From a bacterium (lineage in GTDB: Bacteria > Patescibacteriota > Microgenomatia > UBA1406 > GWC2-37-13): a stretch of 64,000 nt of DNA. How positions within the stretch are numbered: position 1 is the first letter of the stretch; each line of letters starts with the position of its first letter. The DNA is taken from contig JAJYOJ010000002.1 of the NCBI GenBank assembly GCA_021796235.1, positions 34,660-98,659 on the forward strand, in the 5' to 3' direction. Below, piece after piece: positions 46,153 to 55,259 of the stretch. A model generated the notes under the pieces. That model had not been told where the DNA came from. It was given only the letters and a program-made list of their open reading frames with translations, and did no database searches. The translations under genes and the position numbers were made by a program.

Positions 46153-47266
46153 AAAATTTGTACGTTTTTTGAATATTGAATAATTTTTTGGCGTTAGCCA
46201 TTAATTTTCGGCTGCTGAATTGATTTTTATGGGTTAGAACTTCCTCAATTTCGGTTGCTAATGCCTTGGAATTTTTTGGCGGTACACTTTTTCCCATTTT
46301 GGTGAGATTAATTGGAATACGTACTCCCGGCAAATTGCTCGCGACGACGGGCGTTCCCAAAAGCATTGCTTCGGCCTGAACCATTCCAAACGCCTCGGTG
46401 CTGTTTAGCGATGGTAGGACCAAGAGATCCAGTGATTTATATAATGCTCCTAAGTCTTTTTCTGCAACCTGGCCAAAAAAAATGTGGGGGATTTTTTTAC
46501 TTGCCAAGAGTTTTTTTATGTAAAAAAAATATTTATCTTCTCCCGCTACATTTTTTCCCTGCGGACCTGCAAAAACAAGAACTGCATTTCGCTTAGTAGT
46601 TCTTAGATTGGAAAAGGCCTCAATAAGAAAATCAATGCCTTTTTCCGAAGCGATTCTGCCGACATAGCCAATCCAAATATTATTTTTTTTAAGCTTCTGA
46701 AAAGAAGTTAAAGATTTTAAATTAACTTCTTTTTTTTCGATGGGGGGAAGTACGGTTTTTATCTTCATTTTGAAGAACCTTCCAAAGGAAACGTTTTCCA
46801 TATAATCTGGATGACCTATTATCAAATCACTTAAGAAGAGCTGAAAAAAAACGGAAGCATTAAGGAATAGAGCAACAAAATTCGAAGGTAAACTTTTCCC
46901 CAGTTTCACCTCGCAATGAAAAATTATAATTACTTTTTTTCTTAAAAGCTTACTCAATATTACCAAAGGTAACCCTTCGAAATTAGGTACATTAATAACA
47001 AGAATATCCGCTTCTTTTATTTGATTTAAAAAGTATAGGAGAGATTGGGGCGAAATGAAGCCTTTTGAAACTTTAAAAAGGAATGGCATTCTAACAACCT
47101 TAATTTTATTTATATATTGACGCGGGGGCAGGGAGCTGTCGAACCGGAATGTTAATACCGTTACGCTATTTTTTTTACTTTCGTTGTTTAATATCGTATA
47201 TAAGTATGTTGTCATTCCGGATAGGTATGGGGTAAAATAGGTAGAGAAGACTAGAATTCTTTTCAT
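46133..47266 (-). CDS. GT4-family (GT-B) glycosyltransferase
   Basis: The C-terminal motif EAFGMVQAEAMLLGTPVVASNLPG is the EX7E region. Confidence 0.85.
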   Translation of the reverse strand: MKRILVFSTYFTPYLSGMTTYLYTILNNESKKNSVTVLTFRFDSSLPPRQYINKIKVVRMPFLFKVSKGFISPQSLLYFLNQIKEADILVINVPNFEGLPLVILSKLLRKKVIIIFHCEVKLGKSLPSNFVALFLNASVFFQLFLSDLIIGHPDYMENVSFGRFFKMKIKTVLPPIEKKEVNLKSLTSFQKLKKNNIWIGYVGRIASEKGIDFLIEAFSNLRTTKRNAVLVFAGPQGKNVAGEDKYFFYIKKLLASKKIPHIFFGQVAEKDLGALYKSLDLLVLPSLNSTEAFGMVQAEAMLLGTPVVASNLPGVRIPINLTKMGKSVPPKNSKALATEIEEVLTHKNQFSSRKLMANAKKLFNIQKTYKFYAEILH

Positions 47267-47823
47267 CGCAGTTTTGCTAACGCTTTCTTAAGTGTAGGAA
47301 ATTTATTAGGATATCGTATATTACGGTCAAAAATGTTATAAATCCAAAAAATTTTTGCTGCTAATTTTTGGGCTGTTAAGTATTTAACAATATCCCAGTT
47401 ATCTTCAACGAAAACATCTATTTTTAGTTTCTTAATCATCTTTTCCTTAAAAAAATGAGGTTGTTCATTGGTGTCATTATAAAACCATCCGGTAAAAAGA
47501 TTATCCGGGTCAATTTTTTTTTGCCAGCTTTTGAAATCACTTTTTAAAAATTCATAGCGTGCCGAGATAATATAAACCTCGATGTTCTTGTTGACAATAA
47601 GTTTCTTTATATCGTTGAGACCTCCAGCCGGCCAGATACTAGTTCGATGGAGAAATAACCAAACTGTTTGTTGCAGTTTATCGGCTGGATAGTGAAACGT
47701 ATATTTTTCTTTAGGAAAGAATATTTTTTTGAAGAGAACAATAATCGGTCGTGCAATGCGAGCTGGATTATAAAGAAGGACGCCATCAAGATCGAGGCCA
47801 ACACGCAATGGTTGTTTTTTCAC
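47263..47823 (-). CDS. HAD-superfamily hydrolase-like protein
   Basis: N-terminal VGLDLDGVL (DxDG motif I). Confidence 0.5.
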   Translation of the reverse strand: MKKQPLRVGLDLDGVLLYNPARIARPIIVLFKKIFFPKEKYTFHYPADKLQQTVWLFLHRTSIWPAGGLNDIKKLIVNKNIEVYIISARYEFLKSDFKSWQKKIDPDNLFTGWFYNDTNEQPHFFKEKMIKKLKIDVFVEDNWDIVKYLTAQKLAAKIFWIYNIFDRNIRYPNKFPTLKKALAKLR

Positions 47824-47847
47824 AATTCATAAATTATACTAAAACGT

Positions 47848-48702
47848 ATGCTGCCAATCCTTTTAGATCTGGGATTTGTCAAGATTTATACTTTCGGGGT
47901 ATTTTTGGTACTGGCTTTTTTCTGGGGCGCGTTCCTATTATGGAAAAATATAAGGCTGACTTCATACAAGGAAACTGACATTTTTGATGGATTATTTATC
48001 GCGCTTTTTGGCTCCCTGTTTTTAAGTCGGCTAGTCTACGTAATTTTAAATTTTAACAGTTTTGGATTTGATATTTTAAAGATCATTTTGATTAACGGTT
48101 ATCCAGGACTATCTTTATATGGCGGGATCTTCGGCGGCGTGATTAGTCTCTGGCTATTTTTTTATTTAAAAAAAATTGATTTTCGAAAGATCGTCGATTA
48201 CTTTGTAAGTCCAGTTTTCCTGGCCCTTACAATCGGCAAAATTGGGAGTTTTTTTTCAGGGGCAGAGATTGGTACGCAGACGAAATTGTTGCTGGCTGTT
48301 CATTATGCCGGATTCCCAGGGAGTCGTCATCTCACGTCGTTTTATGAGGCACTCTTATTTGCCATTGCTGGATATATTTCCTACAAACTTATATACGAAA
48401 TAAGGAAGGAGAAATATGAAGATGGAGTTGCTTTTGTTTTCATGCTCTGGTATATTAGTGCGGTTGTTTTGCTCTTTGATCCTTTATACGAAACTCATTT
48501 GATAATTTTACGGCTAAATTTTAATCGTACAGTTTCGGGAGTTTTACTCTTGACAACTAGTGTTTATTTCCTATATCATTTTAAGAACCTAATTTTAAAA
48601 AGAAGCAAACTTATTATTGATTCAATAAAATTATATGGCACAAAAAATATCGCAAGAATTACTAAAAGATCTGCGAGGAAAGCTTCTTCTGACAAAAGCT
48701 AA
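47848..48702 (+). CDS. lgt: Prolipoprotein diacylglyceryl transferase
   Basis: IYTFGVFLVLAFFWG, GLSLYGGIFGG and GKIGSFFSGAEIG are Lgt-like motifs. Confidence 0.75.
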   Translation: MLPILLDLGFVKIYTFGVFLVLAFFWGAFLLWKNIRLTSYKETDIFDGLFIALFGSLFLSRLVYVILNFNSFGFDILKIILINGYPGLSLYGGIFGGVISLWLFFYLKKIDFRKIVDYFVSPVFLALTIGKIGSFFSGAEIGTQTKLLLAVHYAGFPGSRHLTSFYEALLFAIAGYISYKLIYEIRKEKYEDGVAFVFMLWYISAVVLLFDPLYETHLIILRLNFNRTVSGVLLLTTSVYFLYHFKNLILKRSKLIIDSIKLYGTKNIARITKRSARKASSDKS

Positions 48703-49000
48703 AATTGAGGCGCAGGTTGAAGGATTGAAGAAAGATGATCCTTTCGCCGATCCAGATCACGCATCGGATAACGCTGCCGTCGATACCGACGTGCGTGAGG
48801 AAGTCGGACATGAGACGATTGAAGCGCAGATTAAAGACTTACAGATAAAGCTTGAAAATATTGACATGGCTCTGCGTAAAATAACTAAAGGTAAATATGG
48901 GATTTGTGAGAGATGTGGCAAGACTATTCCTATTGCACGTCTTAAAATTCTTCCTGAGGCGCTCTACTGTGTGGACTGTGAAGAAAAACTGCGCAAATAG
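48635..49000 (+). CDS. TraR/DksA-family C4 zinc-finger protein
   Basis: CERCGKTIPIARLKILPEALYCVDC. Confidence 0.8.
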   Translation: MAQKISQELLKDLRGKLLLTKAKIEAQVEGLKKDDPFADPDHASDNAAVDTDVREEVGHETIEAQIKDLQIKLENIDMALRKITKGKYGICERCGKTIPIARLKILPEALYCVDCEEKLRK

Positions 49001-49027
49001 CCTAAACCTGTTATACTAAAATTTAGT

Positions 49028-50752
49028 ATGACTGATATTTCCTACAATCTTCTCCTTGGCGCGTTGCTGTTTTTTACATTTCCACTGATAACGGGGTATT
49101 TGGCGGTAAAATACAGGCTTTCACCGCTTATTGGTTACATTGCGGGAGGAATTTTGCTTAATCTTTTTTTGGGACAATTATTACCGCAGTCATTTGTTAC
49201 TAACTTTTCAATGCTTGGTCTTGTGCTTCTGGTTTTTACAGTTGGTTTGGAAACCAATCTCGGCATGATTCGTCGTTTTGGCAAATTCGTGCTTTTAGGA
49301 GGTATTTTACAGATAGTTCTAAGCGGTTTTGCCATAATGATCCTGTCTTTTTTATTCAACTTCACTTTTATCGAATCGTTATTTTTCGGTTTTGCTTTTG
49401 CTTTGTCTTCGACGGCAATAGTCAGCAAGATTATCCAAGAGACCGGAATAGAGGATTCGCTGTTAGGCGGGCTGGCAACCGGCGTTCTTATCCTTCAAGA
49501 TCTAGCTTTCATTCCTATCTTGATTGTTTTTTCTTCTTTTGATCATCATACAAGCACTTTTGATCTAATAAGGGATATTTTTTTCAATGGAATAAAAGCA
49601 ACCTTAGTGTTAGCAGTCGTATACTATTTTGGTTTGCAGATAGTTCCGTTTGTCTTCAATCGAATTGCCAAAATATCGCGTGAAATCCTCAACCTTCTTA
49701 TGATTGTATTTATTTTAGCTTCTTTAACGCTTTTCTCTTTCTTTGGACTATCAAGCTTGTTGGCAGCTTTCATGGCCGGAGTTTTAGTCGGGCAGACACT
49801 CGAGCACTATCATATTTTTTCGGAGATAAGACCCCTTCGCGATCTTCTCTTAATAATGTTCTTTGTTTTCTTAGGTCTTACGGTCAAAGTTGGCTTTGTG
49901 GCTACGCACCTTCTCCCGATACTGCTTTTTACAGTCGCAATAATTCTTATCAAAATGGTTATCGTGCTTTTAATTTACCTATTTTTCAAATTCCATTCCC
50001 GCACAGCTTTTTCGTTATCTGTGCTTTTGTTTCAAATAGGTGAGGACGCCTTCATCTTGATCTATCAAGGTTTATTAATTGGCGTTATTCGGTCGGACAG
50101 TTACTATTTTGCCATCACGTCGGTTCTTATAACTTTGTTCTTAACTCCGATTCTTATCCATGAGAAGGATAGAATGTATGGGATTATTCGCAAATTCATT
50201 AAAAAGTATCTTCCTTTCCTGGAAAATTTTATAGCCTACAGGCTGGATAGAGATGTTCCAAATATTGATGTTTTGCCTTTAAAAAACCATATTGTGCTTT
50301 GCGGTTATGGCAGGGTAGGGAGGTATATAGGGCAAGCTCTAATGTCTTCCAACATTCCGTTTATAGCTGTCGATTACAACTTTCATGTGGTAGAGCGTGC
50401 CAAAAAGGAAGGTGTCACTATCATGTATGGAGATCCAACTGAAATAGATGTTTTGGACTACGCCCAATGCGAAACTGCAAGTATTCTTATCTCAGCAGTT
50501 CCGGAACGTTTTTCCCAAGAGCAGATCATTTTTAATGCCCGTAAATTAAATCCTAAAATTATCATATTTACCCGTGTACACCGGGAAGATGACCACTTAA
50601 GGATGAAGGATTTAGGTGTTCAGGTTGTCGTGCAGCCGGAGTTTGAAGCTTCTCTATCGATAATAAGGAGGGTTCTGCATTACAAAGGTTTATCTACAGA
50701 TAAGATTAGCTCTGAGATCAAAAGGTTAAAGGTAGAGCACGGGATGCTATGA
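49028..50752 (+). CDS. CPA2-family cation:proton antiporter with C-terminal RCK/TrkA-N domain
   Basis: About 12 TM helices, then a Rossmann motif VLCGYGRVGRYIG. Confidence 0.85.
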   Translation: MTDISYNLLLGALLFFTFPLITGYLAVKYRLSPLIGYIAGGILLNLFLGQLLPQSFVTNFSMLGLVLLVFTVGLETNLGMIRRFGKFVLLGGILQIVLSGFAIMILSFLFNFTFIESLFFGFAFALSSTAIVSKIIQETGIEDSLLGGLATGVLILQDLAFIPILIVFSSFDHHTSTFDLIRDIFFNGIKATLVLAVVYYFGLQIVPFVFNRIAKISREILNLLMIVFILASLTLFSFFGLSSLLAAFMAGVLVGQTLEHYHIFSEIRPLRDLLLIMFFVFLGLTVKVGFVATHLLPILLFTVAIILIKMVIVLLIYLFFKFHSRTAFSLSVLLFQIGEDAFILIYQGLLIGVIRSDSYYFAITSVLITLFLTPILIHEKDRMYGIIRKFIKKYLPFLENFIAYRLDRDVPNIDVLPLKNHIVLCGYGRVGRYIGQALMSSNIPFIAVDYNFHVVERAKKEGVTIMYGDPTEIDVLDYAQCETASILISAVPERFSQEQIIFNARKLNPKIIIFTRVHREDDHLRMKDLGVQVVVQPEFEASLSIIRRVLHYKGLSTDKISSEIKRLKVEHGML

Positions 50753-51648
50753 TAATTAAATCAAAAGGCAAGAATAACAGGTCAAAAAAAGCCTTAAATA
50801 TAGGATTTATACTTGTTGTTTTCATTATTTTGATAAGTGTTATTAACGCGTTACGCTCCTCTTTGTTTTTCCAAACCAAGGATAGAATAAATCTGGTTTT
50901 TTATCAAAAAATTCCAGTTCTTTATTCATTGGGCCTGGTTGACAACGTCAACTACAGTATAGTCTTCTATCCTGATCTTCAGATGCTTGTTCCCGGCGGC
51001 TATGGCAAATATAGAGTTGGGGCATTTGGTAAGCTCGTCAGTCTTGAAAAAGATCCGGAAATTTTCAAAAGAACATTCTCCTTGGCGACAAGTAGTTTTG
51101 TCAACTTTTATTTTTATCCAAAGAGCCCTGATATTTATTTTGGAAAGGGTTCGGAAAACGGTTTAAAACTACCAACCTTGTCGCAAATTTTTCTTGAAAA
51201 CTCAAATGTCAATTTTTTTGATCGAGTTTACATCTTTCTACTTTTTTGGGGGAAGACAACCGGGTCATTTCAAATAATTAATCAATTACCTATAGTCAAC
51301 GGTGAACAATTTGATGCAACAGAGTTTGCTAATCGCTATACGGGTTATTTTTATCGAAGAACCTATAGAACTGAAAGTCAAAACGTTCAAATACTTTATA
51401 CAAACGACTATAATACGGCTGAAAGTCTTTCAAATATTTTGGAGGGAAATGGTATCAGGGTTGGGGATGTGAGCCAGCAAGATTCAGGTAGCTCGGGCTG
51501 TGAAGTTTTAGAAAACTCCCAAAATTTTTCAAAAACTGCTTCCGATTTGAACCGGTTTTTTGACTGTCCTTTAAAACCCGGGGACACAGGCGCTTATGAT
51601 ATAATTTTAAAATTGGGTAGTCTTGAAAAGACATGGAAACTGCAATAA
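50749..51648 (+). CDS. Membrane-anchored hypothetical protein (weakly LCP-like N-terminus)
   Basis: TM helix followed by DRINLVFY, reminiscent of the start of LytR-CpsA-Psr domains. Not otherwise recognisable. Confidence 0.35.
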   Translation: MIIKSKGKNNRSKKALNIGFILVVFIILISVINALRSSLFFQTKDRINLVFYQKIPVLYSLGLVDNVNYSIVFYPDLQMLVPGGYGKYRVGAFGKLVSLEKDPEIFKRTFSLATSSFVNFYFYPKSPDIYFGKGSENGLKLPTLSQIFLENSNVNFFDRVYIFLLFWGKTTGSFQIINQLPIVNGEQFDATEFANRYTGYFYRRTYRTESQNVQILYTNDYNTAESLSNILEGNGIRVGDVSQQDSGSSGCEVLENSQNFSKTASDLNRFFDCPLKPGDTGAYDIILKLGSLEKTWKLQ

Positions 51649-51803
51649 TTTTATTAGGAATTCTAGTAATCGCATTTATCTTATCTCTGCGATCGATGAA
51701 AGATTTTGCCATACCTAAAGAGGTTAGAAGAATTCTTGAAACGCGGAAAATTAAAGGAACGATAGTTTTTTTAAGAGGCAGAATTACTCATTACCATAGA
51801 TAA
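51633..51803 (+). CDS. Possible 56-aa single-TM protein
   Basis: Own translation: METAIILLGILVIAFILSLRSMKDF...ITHYHR. It is below the ORF-track cutoff and overlaps the upstream stop. Confidence 0.3.
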   Translation: METAIILLGILVIAFILSLRSMKDFAIPKEVRRILETRKIKGTIVFLRGRITHYHR

Positions 51804-51812
51804 AAGTCAGGA

Positions 51813-52613
51813 TCATTCCTCCTCATCCTCGTTTTCGTCTTTATCTTCTGGTTTAAAAGGCATATATTCTTTTTCCTCTGAGGTTAGTGTTTCGGCAAGT
51901 TTTTCTATATCGCTTTCGGTAAGCTCCTCGCCGTCGGAAGTGTCATCCTCTGGTGTATTTAGTGTGACCTGACTAATGCTTTCGCCAATTTTTTGCGGCG
52001 GGAAAGAAAGATATTTGGCTACTTTTTTACCTTTTGTTTCTTCTTTAATGAATATGATTATTCGATTAAGAGCCGCTTCTTTGATGTAGGCGTTATATTT
52101 ACTTTTGAATTTCAAAAAAAAGAGAAGCCGTTTGGAAAGATCGTCGGGCAGACAACCAATATAGTCCTGATCGGTCGTTCGTATCTCAACTCGACGTTTT
52201 TTGGGCCGAAGTATTACTTCCTGGCCGATGATAAGTTGGGCCAAAATATTTTTTTGACCTATGTTTACGAGGGCGACCGTGCGTGTTTTACCGGGAATTT
52301 CAAGGAACAGGCTTGGGCTTAAAGATGAAGAGGTAAAGGCCTTCTTTTTTGATTTCTTTAACTCAAGTATTTTTATACGCTCAAGATTTTCTTTGGCAAC
52401 ATTGTTGGTCGGTTGAATTTTAATTACTTTGCGGTAAATTTTTTTAGCTTTTTCCCATTCACCAAGCTGCAGATAGGCAAAACCCAAACGTAGGTGTGCA
52501 CCCAAATTGTTTTTTTCTAGATTGATAACTCTCTTATTTGTGTCAATTGCTTTGGTCCATTCCAGATTGATTGCGGCATTTACTGCGATCTCCTCAAGTA
52601 TGTTAATATCCAT
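51813..52613 (-). CDS. TPR-repeat protein with acidic C-terminal tail
   Basis: TPR-like LGAHLRLGFAYLQLGEWEKAKKIYRKVIKIQP; tail DKDENEDEEE. Confidence 0.6.
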   Translation of the reverse strand: MDINILEEIAVNAAINLEWTKAIDTNKRVINLEKNNLGAHLRLGFAYLQLGEWEKAKKIYRKVIKIQPTNNVAKENLERIKILELKKSKKKAFTSSSLSPSLFLEIPGKTRTVALVNIGQKNILAQLIIGQEVILRPKKRRVEIRTTDQDYIGCLPDDLSKRLLFFLKFKSKYNAYIKEAALNRIIIFIKEETKGKKVAKYLSFPPQKIGESISQVTLNTPEDDTSDGEELTESDIEKLAETLTSEEKEYMPFKPEDKDENEDEEE

Positions 52614-52670
52614 AGTCGTATGTTACAGTATATTTTAATTTAGTTGGTTGTCAAGTATAATAGAGACGAA

Positions 52671-53417
52671 ATGTCAGGTCATTCTAAGTGGTCACAGATT
52701 AAGAGAAAAAAAGGGATAGCGGACCAGGCGCGCGGTAACCTTTTCTCCAAACTTTCTCGCATTATTACGCTTGCAGTTTTGGAAGGCGGAGGCATTACCG
52801 ATCCAGATAATAACGTGAAGCTTCGTTTGGCTGTAGAAAAAGCCAAACAATCCAATATGCCAAAGGAGAATGTTTTACGCGCGATAGAGCGGGGAGTCGG
52901 TCCAAATAAAGCCATGATCAAAGAAGTCGTGTATGAAGTTTTTGCTCAGGAAGGTGTGTCCCTTATAATTTTAGCTACATCTGACAATGTTAATAGAACT
53001 TTAAGCGATATAAAAAATATCTTGGAGCGAAACGGCGCGAAACTCGCCGGTCAAGGTTCTGTGGATTATCTTTTTCAAAAATGCGGTTTGGTTACATTTC
53101 ATAAATCAAATACTTCGGAAGAGAAGGTTCTAAATTTTGCCGAGAGATTAATGGCGCAAGACATTGATCAAGATAACGAACTTTATTACGTTTATATACC
53201 TTTCGAGGCTCTAGGACACGTCAAAGATAATTTGAATGGATTGGTTCCAGACGTTGTAGAACTTGATTACAGGCCAAAAGCTAAGATTGAGGTGAAAACT
53301 TCGAGCGATGCCAAAAAAATTCTTAATCTTGTAGATTCGTTAGAAGAACTAGACGATGTCCACAAAGTTTTTGGAAATTTTGATATTCCCGATGAAACAA
53401 TTCAATCACTTGCTTAA
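52671..53417 (+). CDS. yebC: YebC/PmpR-family DNA-binding regulator
   Basis: MSGHSKWSQIKRKKG N-terminus and family-typical length. Confidence 0.9.
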   Translation: MSGHSKWSQIKRKKGIADQARGNLFSKLSRIITLAVLEGGGITDPDNNVKLRLAVEKAKQSNMPKENVLRAIERGVGPNKAMIKEVVYEVFAQEGVSLIILATSDNVNRTLSDIKNILERNGAKLAGQGSVDYLFQKCGLVTFHKSNTSEEKVLNFAERLMAQDIDQDNELYYVYIPFEALGHVKDNLNGLVPDVVELDYRPKAKIEVKTSSDAKKILNLVDSLEELDDVHKVFGNFDIPDETIQSLA

Positions 53418-54207
53418 ATTCATAGAAAAAAAAGCTGTAAAGATTGAGAAGCGGCTGCGTTTCGCTTTATCCTCTTTGTGTTTGGCGCTCCTACTGCTTT
53501 TTTCAACTTTCTTCTATTTTGATAAGGCTTTTATTTTTATTCCATTATTGGTGGTAACGACATATGTACTAACGTATTTTTCGGTTTTGGAAGGGATTCA
53601 TGACATTGAATGGTTTACCTTATTTTTTATGCCGATCGTTGTCTCTGTCTCATTTTATCTTTTCTACTTTCTTTTTCCGGTAAGGTGGTTGACGAGATTA
53701 CCATTTATCGTGATTTATGGAATTTCGACATACGCAATTCTTTTAACGGCAAATATTTTTAACATCGGGGTAGAGAAGAGCCTTCAACTTTATCGAGCTG
53801 CCTTTTCCGTTAATTTTTTTTATCAAACGGTGTGCAGTTTTTTACTTTTTAATATTATTTTATTTTTTCGTCTAAATTTCTTATACAACGCAATTTTGGC
53901 GGGGGGAATAGGGTTTTTGTTGGATATTCATCTGTTTTGGACATTAAAGCTCGATAAAACAATTGAGAAGCGACTTTTACTTTTTGCTTTCCTTATCGGT
54001 AGCGTAATTTTTGAAGCAGCATCTCTAATGTCGTTTGTGCCCATTAACTCCACAATATTTTCTCTTTTTTTGACCGGGATCTTATATTCCCTAAGCGGGC
54101 TAAGTTACAGCTACCTTGACCAACGGTTATTTAAAGAAACGATTCGTGAATATTTAATTGTGCTCGGATTTATTTTTGTAATCACATTATTATCTATAAG
54201 TTGGTAA
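53392..54207 (+). CDS. Polytopic membrane protein (hypothetical)
   Basis: About 8 hydrophobic helices. No motif recognised. Confidence 0.55.
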   Translation: MKQFNHLLKFIEKKAVKIEKRLRFALSSLCLALLLLFSTFFYFDKAFIFIPLLVVTTYVLTYFSVLEGIHDIEWFTLFFMPIVVSVSFYLFYFLFPVRWLTRLPFIVIYGISTYAILLTANIFNIGVEKSLQLYRAAFSVNFFYQTVCSFLLFNIILFFRLNFLYNAILAGGIGFLLDIHLFWTLKLDKTIEKRLLLFAFLIGSVIFEAASLMSFVPINSTIFSLFLTGILYSLSGLSYSYLDQRLFKETIREYLIVLGFIFVITLLSISW

Positions 54208-54381
54208 GTTCTTTATGTAAATCTGCCCGGCGGCGAGTAGAGAACAGGGTAGAGGCCCAGACTAGATGGGTAAGGGAAGTGTACGGACGTGAAGTATTTA
54301 TCCTATAGTATATTAAATACTATAGGGTATTAAATAAATGTAAGAATCCGGCTCCAAACTTAATATTATTAGTTTTAAATC

Positions 54382-54682
54382 GAGGCTAATTTAATAAGTT
54401 TAGTAAGCTACTACGCTCCAAAGTTGAGTATCACTCTATGTGGATAACTGCCAGGATTTGAGGCTAAAAATTAGAATTTAGATCTGTATGACGCTCTAAA
54501 TTACATTCATTCTTACATTGTTTAGCGTTCTAATTTATTAAAATTTAGCCTCAAAAATTATATTTTAGACCAATATTATCTTCTAAACTTAATAGGGTTC
54601 TATTTCTCGTGCGTTCCTTATGTGCTATTTCTTAATAATTTAGCCTCGAAATCGATAGTTTAGAGCAATTATATGTTCTAAA
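54382..54682. repeat. Degenerate array of four 41-42-bp units, each ending in a 24-bp TTTAGN-N12-NCYAAA palindrome
   Basis: The units are 54382-54422, 54460-54500, 54546-54587 and 54641-54682. Each has a core gaggcta (units 1-2) or its complement tagcctc (units 3-4) plus an A/T tract, followed by tttag(a/t)-N12-tc(t/c)aaa. Confidence 0.7.
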
Positions 54683-55259
54683 TATAACGACGTTTCTAGC
54701 CTCAATTTAGCCTCAAAAAAAGAGTGCGAGAGAGGTTAAAAAAAGGTTGAAATAACTGAGTTATAACCGGAGAAAATAAAGTTTATTCACGTCATGTTAA
54801 GAGAAGAGAAAGATTCTGTTCTCTCCTAAAATGTAGTAATAAAAAATAAAAATACCCCAATCGGCAGCCGGCTAAAAAATGAAATACAACTCCGGGAGCA
54901 GAAGCATGTATAACGTCGTAAATTGTATCTTTTACGACGTCAACCGTGGCTAGTTCCAGGCGAGTGGTTTAAAATTAGAAATTAATAATTTTAAATTTAT
55001 TTAAAAATAATTCATTTCTTTCTTTTCTCCCCTAATTTATCTCTCTGTTATCTTCAGAGATCCGGGGTCCTTTTTAGCCCTTTAAAACCTGCTAACTCTC
55101 CCCCGGATTCCGCCTTTTTTAGCCTTATAACAATCTAATTCTTCCCTATCCCCTAAAGAATTGCTAGATTGGGGAGTGCTTAAAAATAAGCCAACATAAT
55201 TATTGGAATGATAATCAGGCACTTGATACGGGCTAACTTTAATATATAATCTATCTATC

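Noticed and set aside
54382-54714. Possible CRISPR array in the 54.4-54.7 kb repeats.
   Set aside because: The units are only about 60% identical outside the short anchor motifs. The 7-mer core is inverted between units 1-2 and 3-4, and the inter-unit segments are irregular (37-53 bp). No cas gene lies in the window. A protein-binding-site array fits better.
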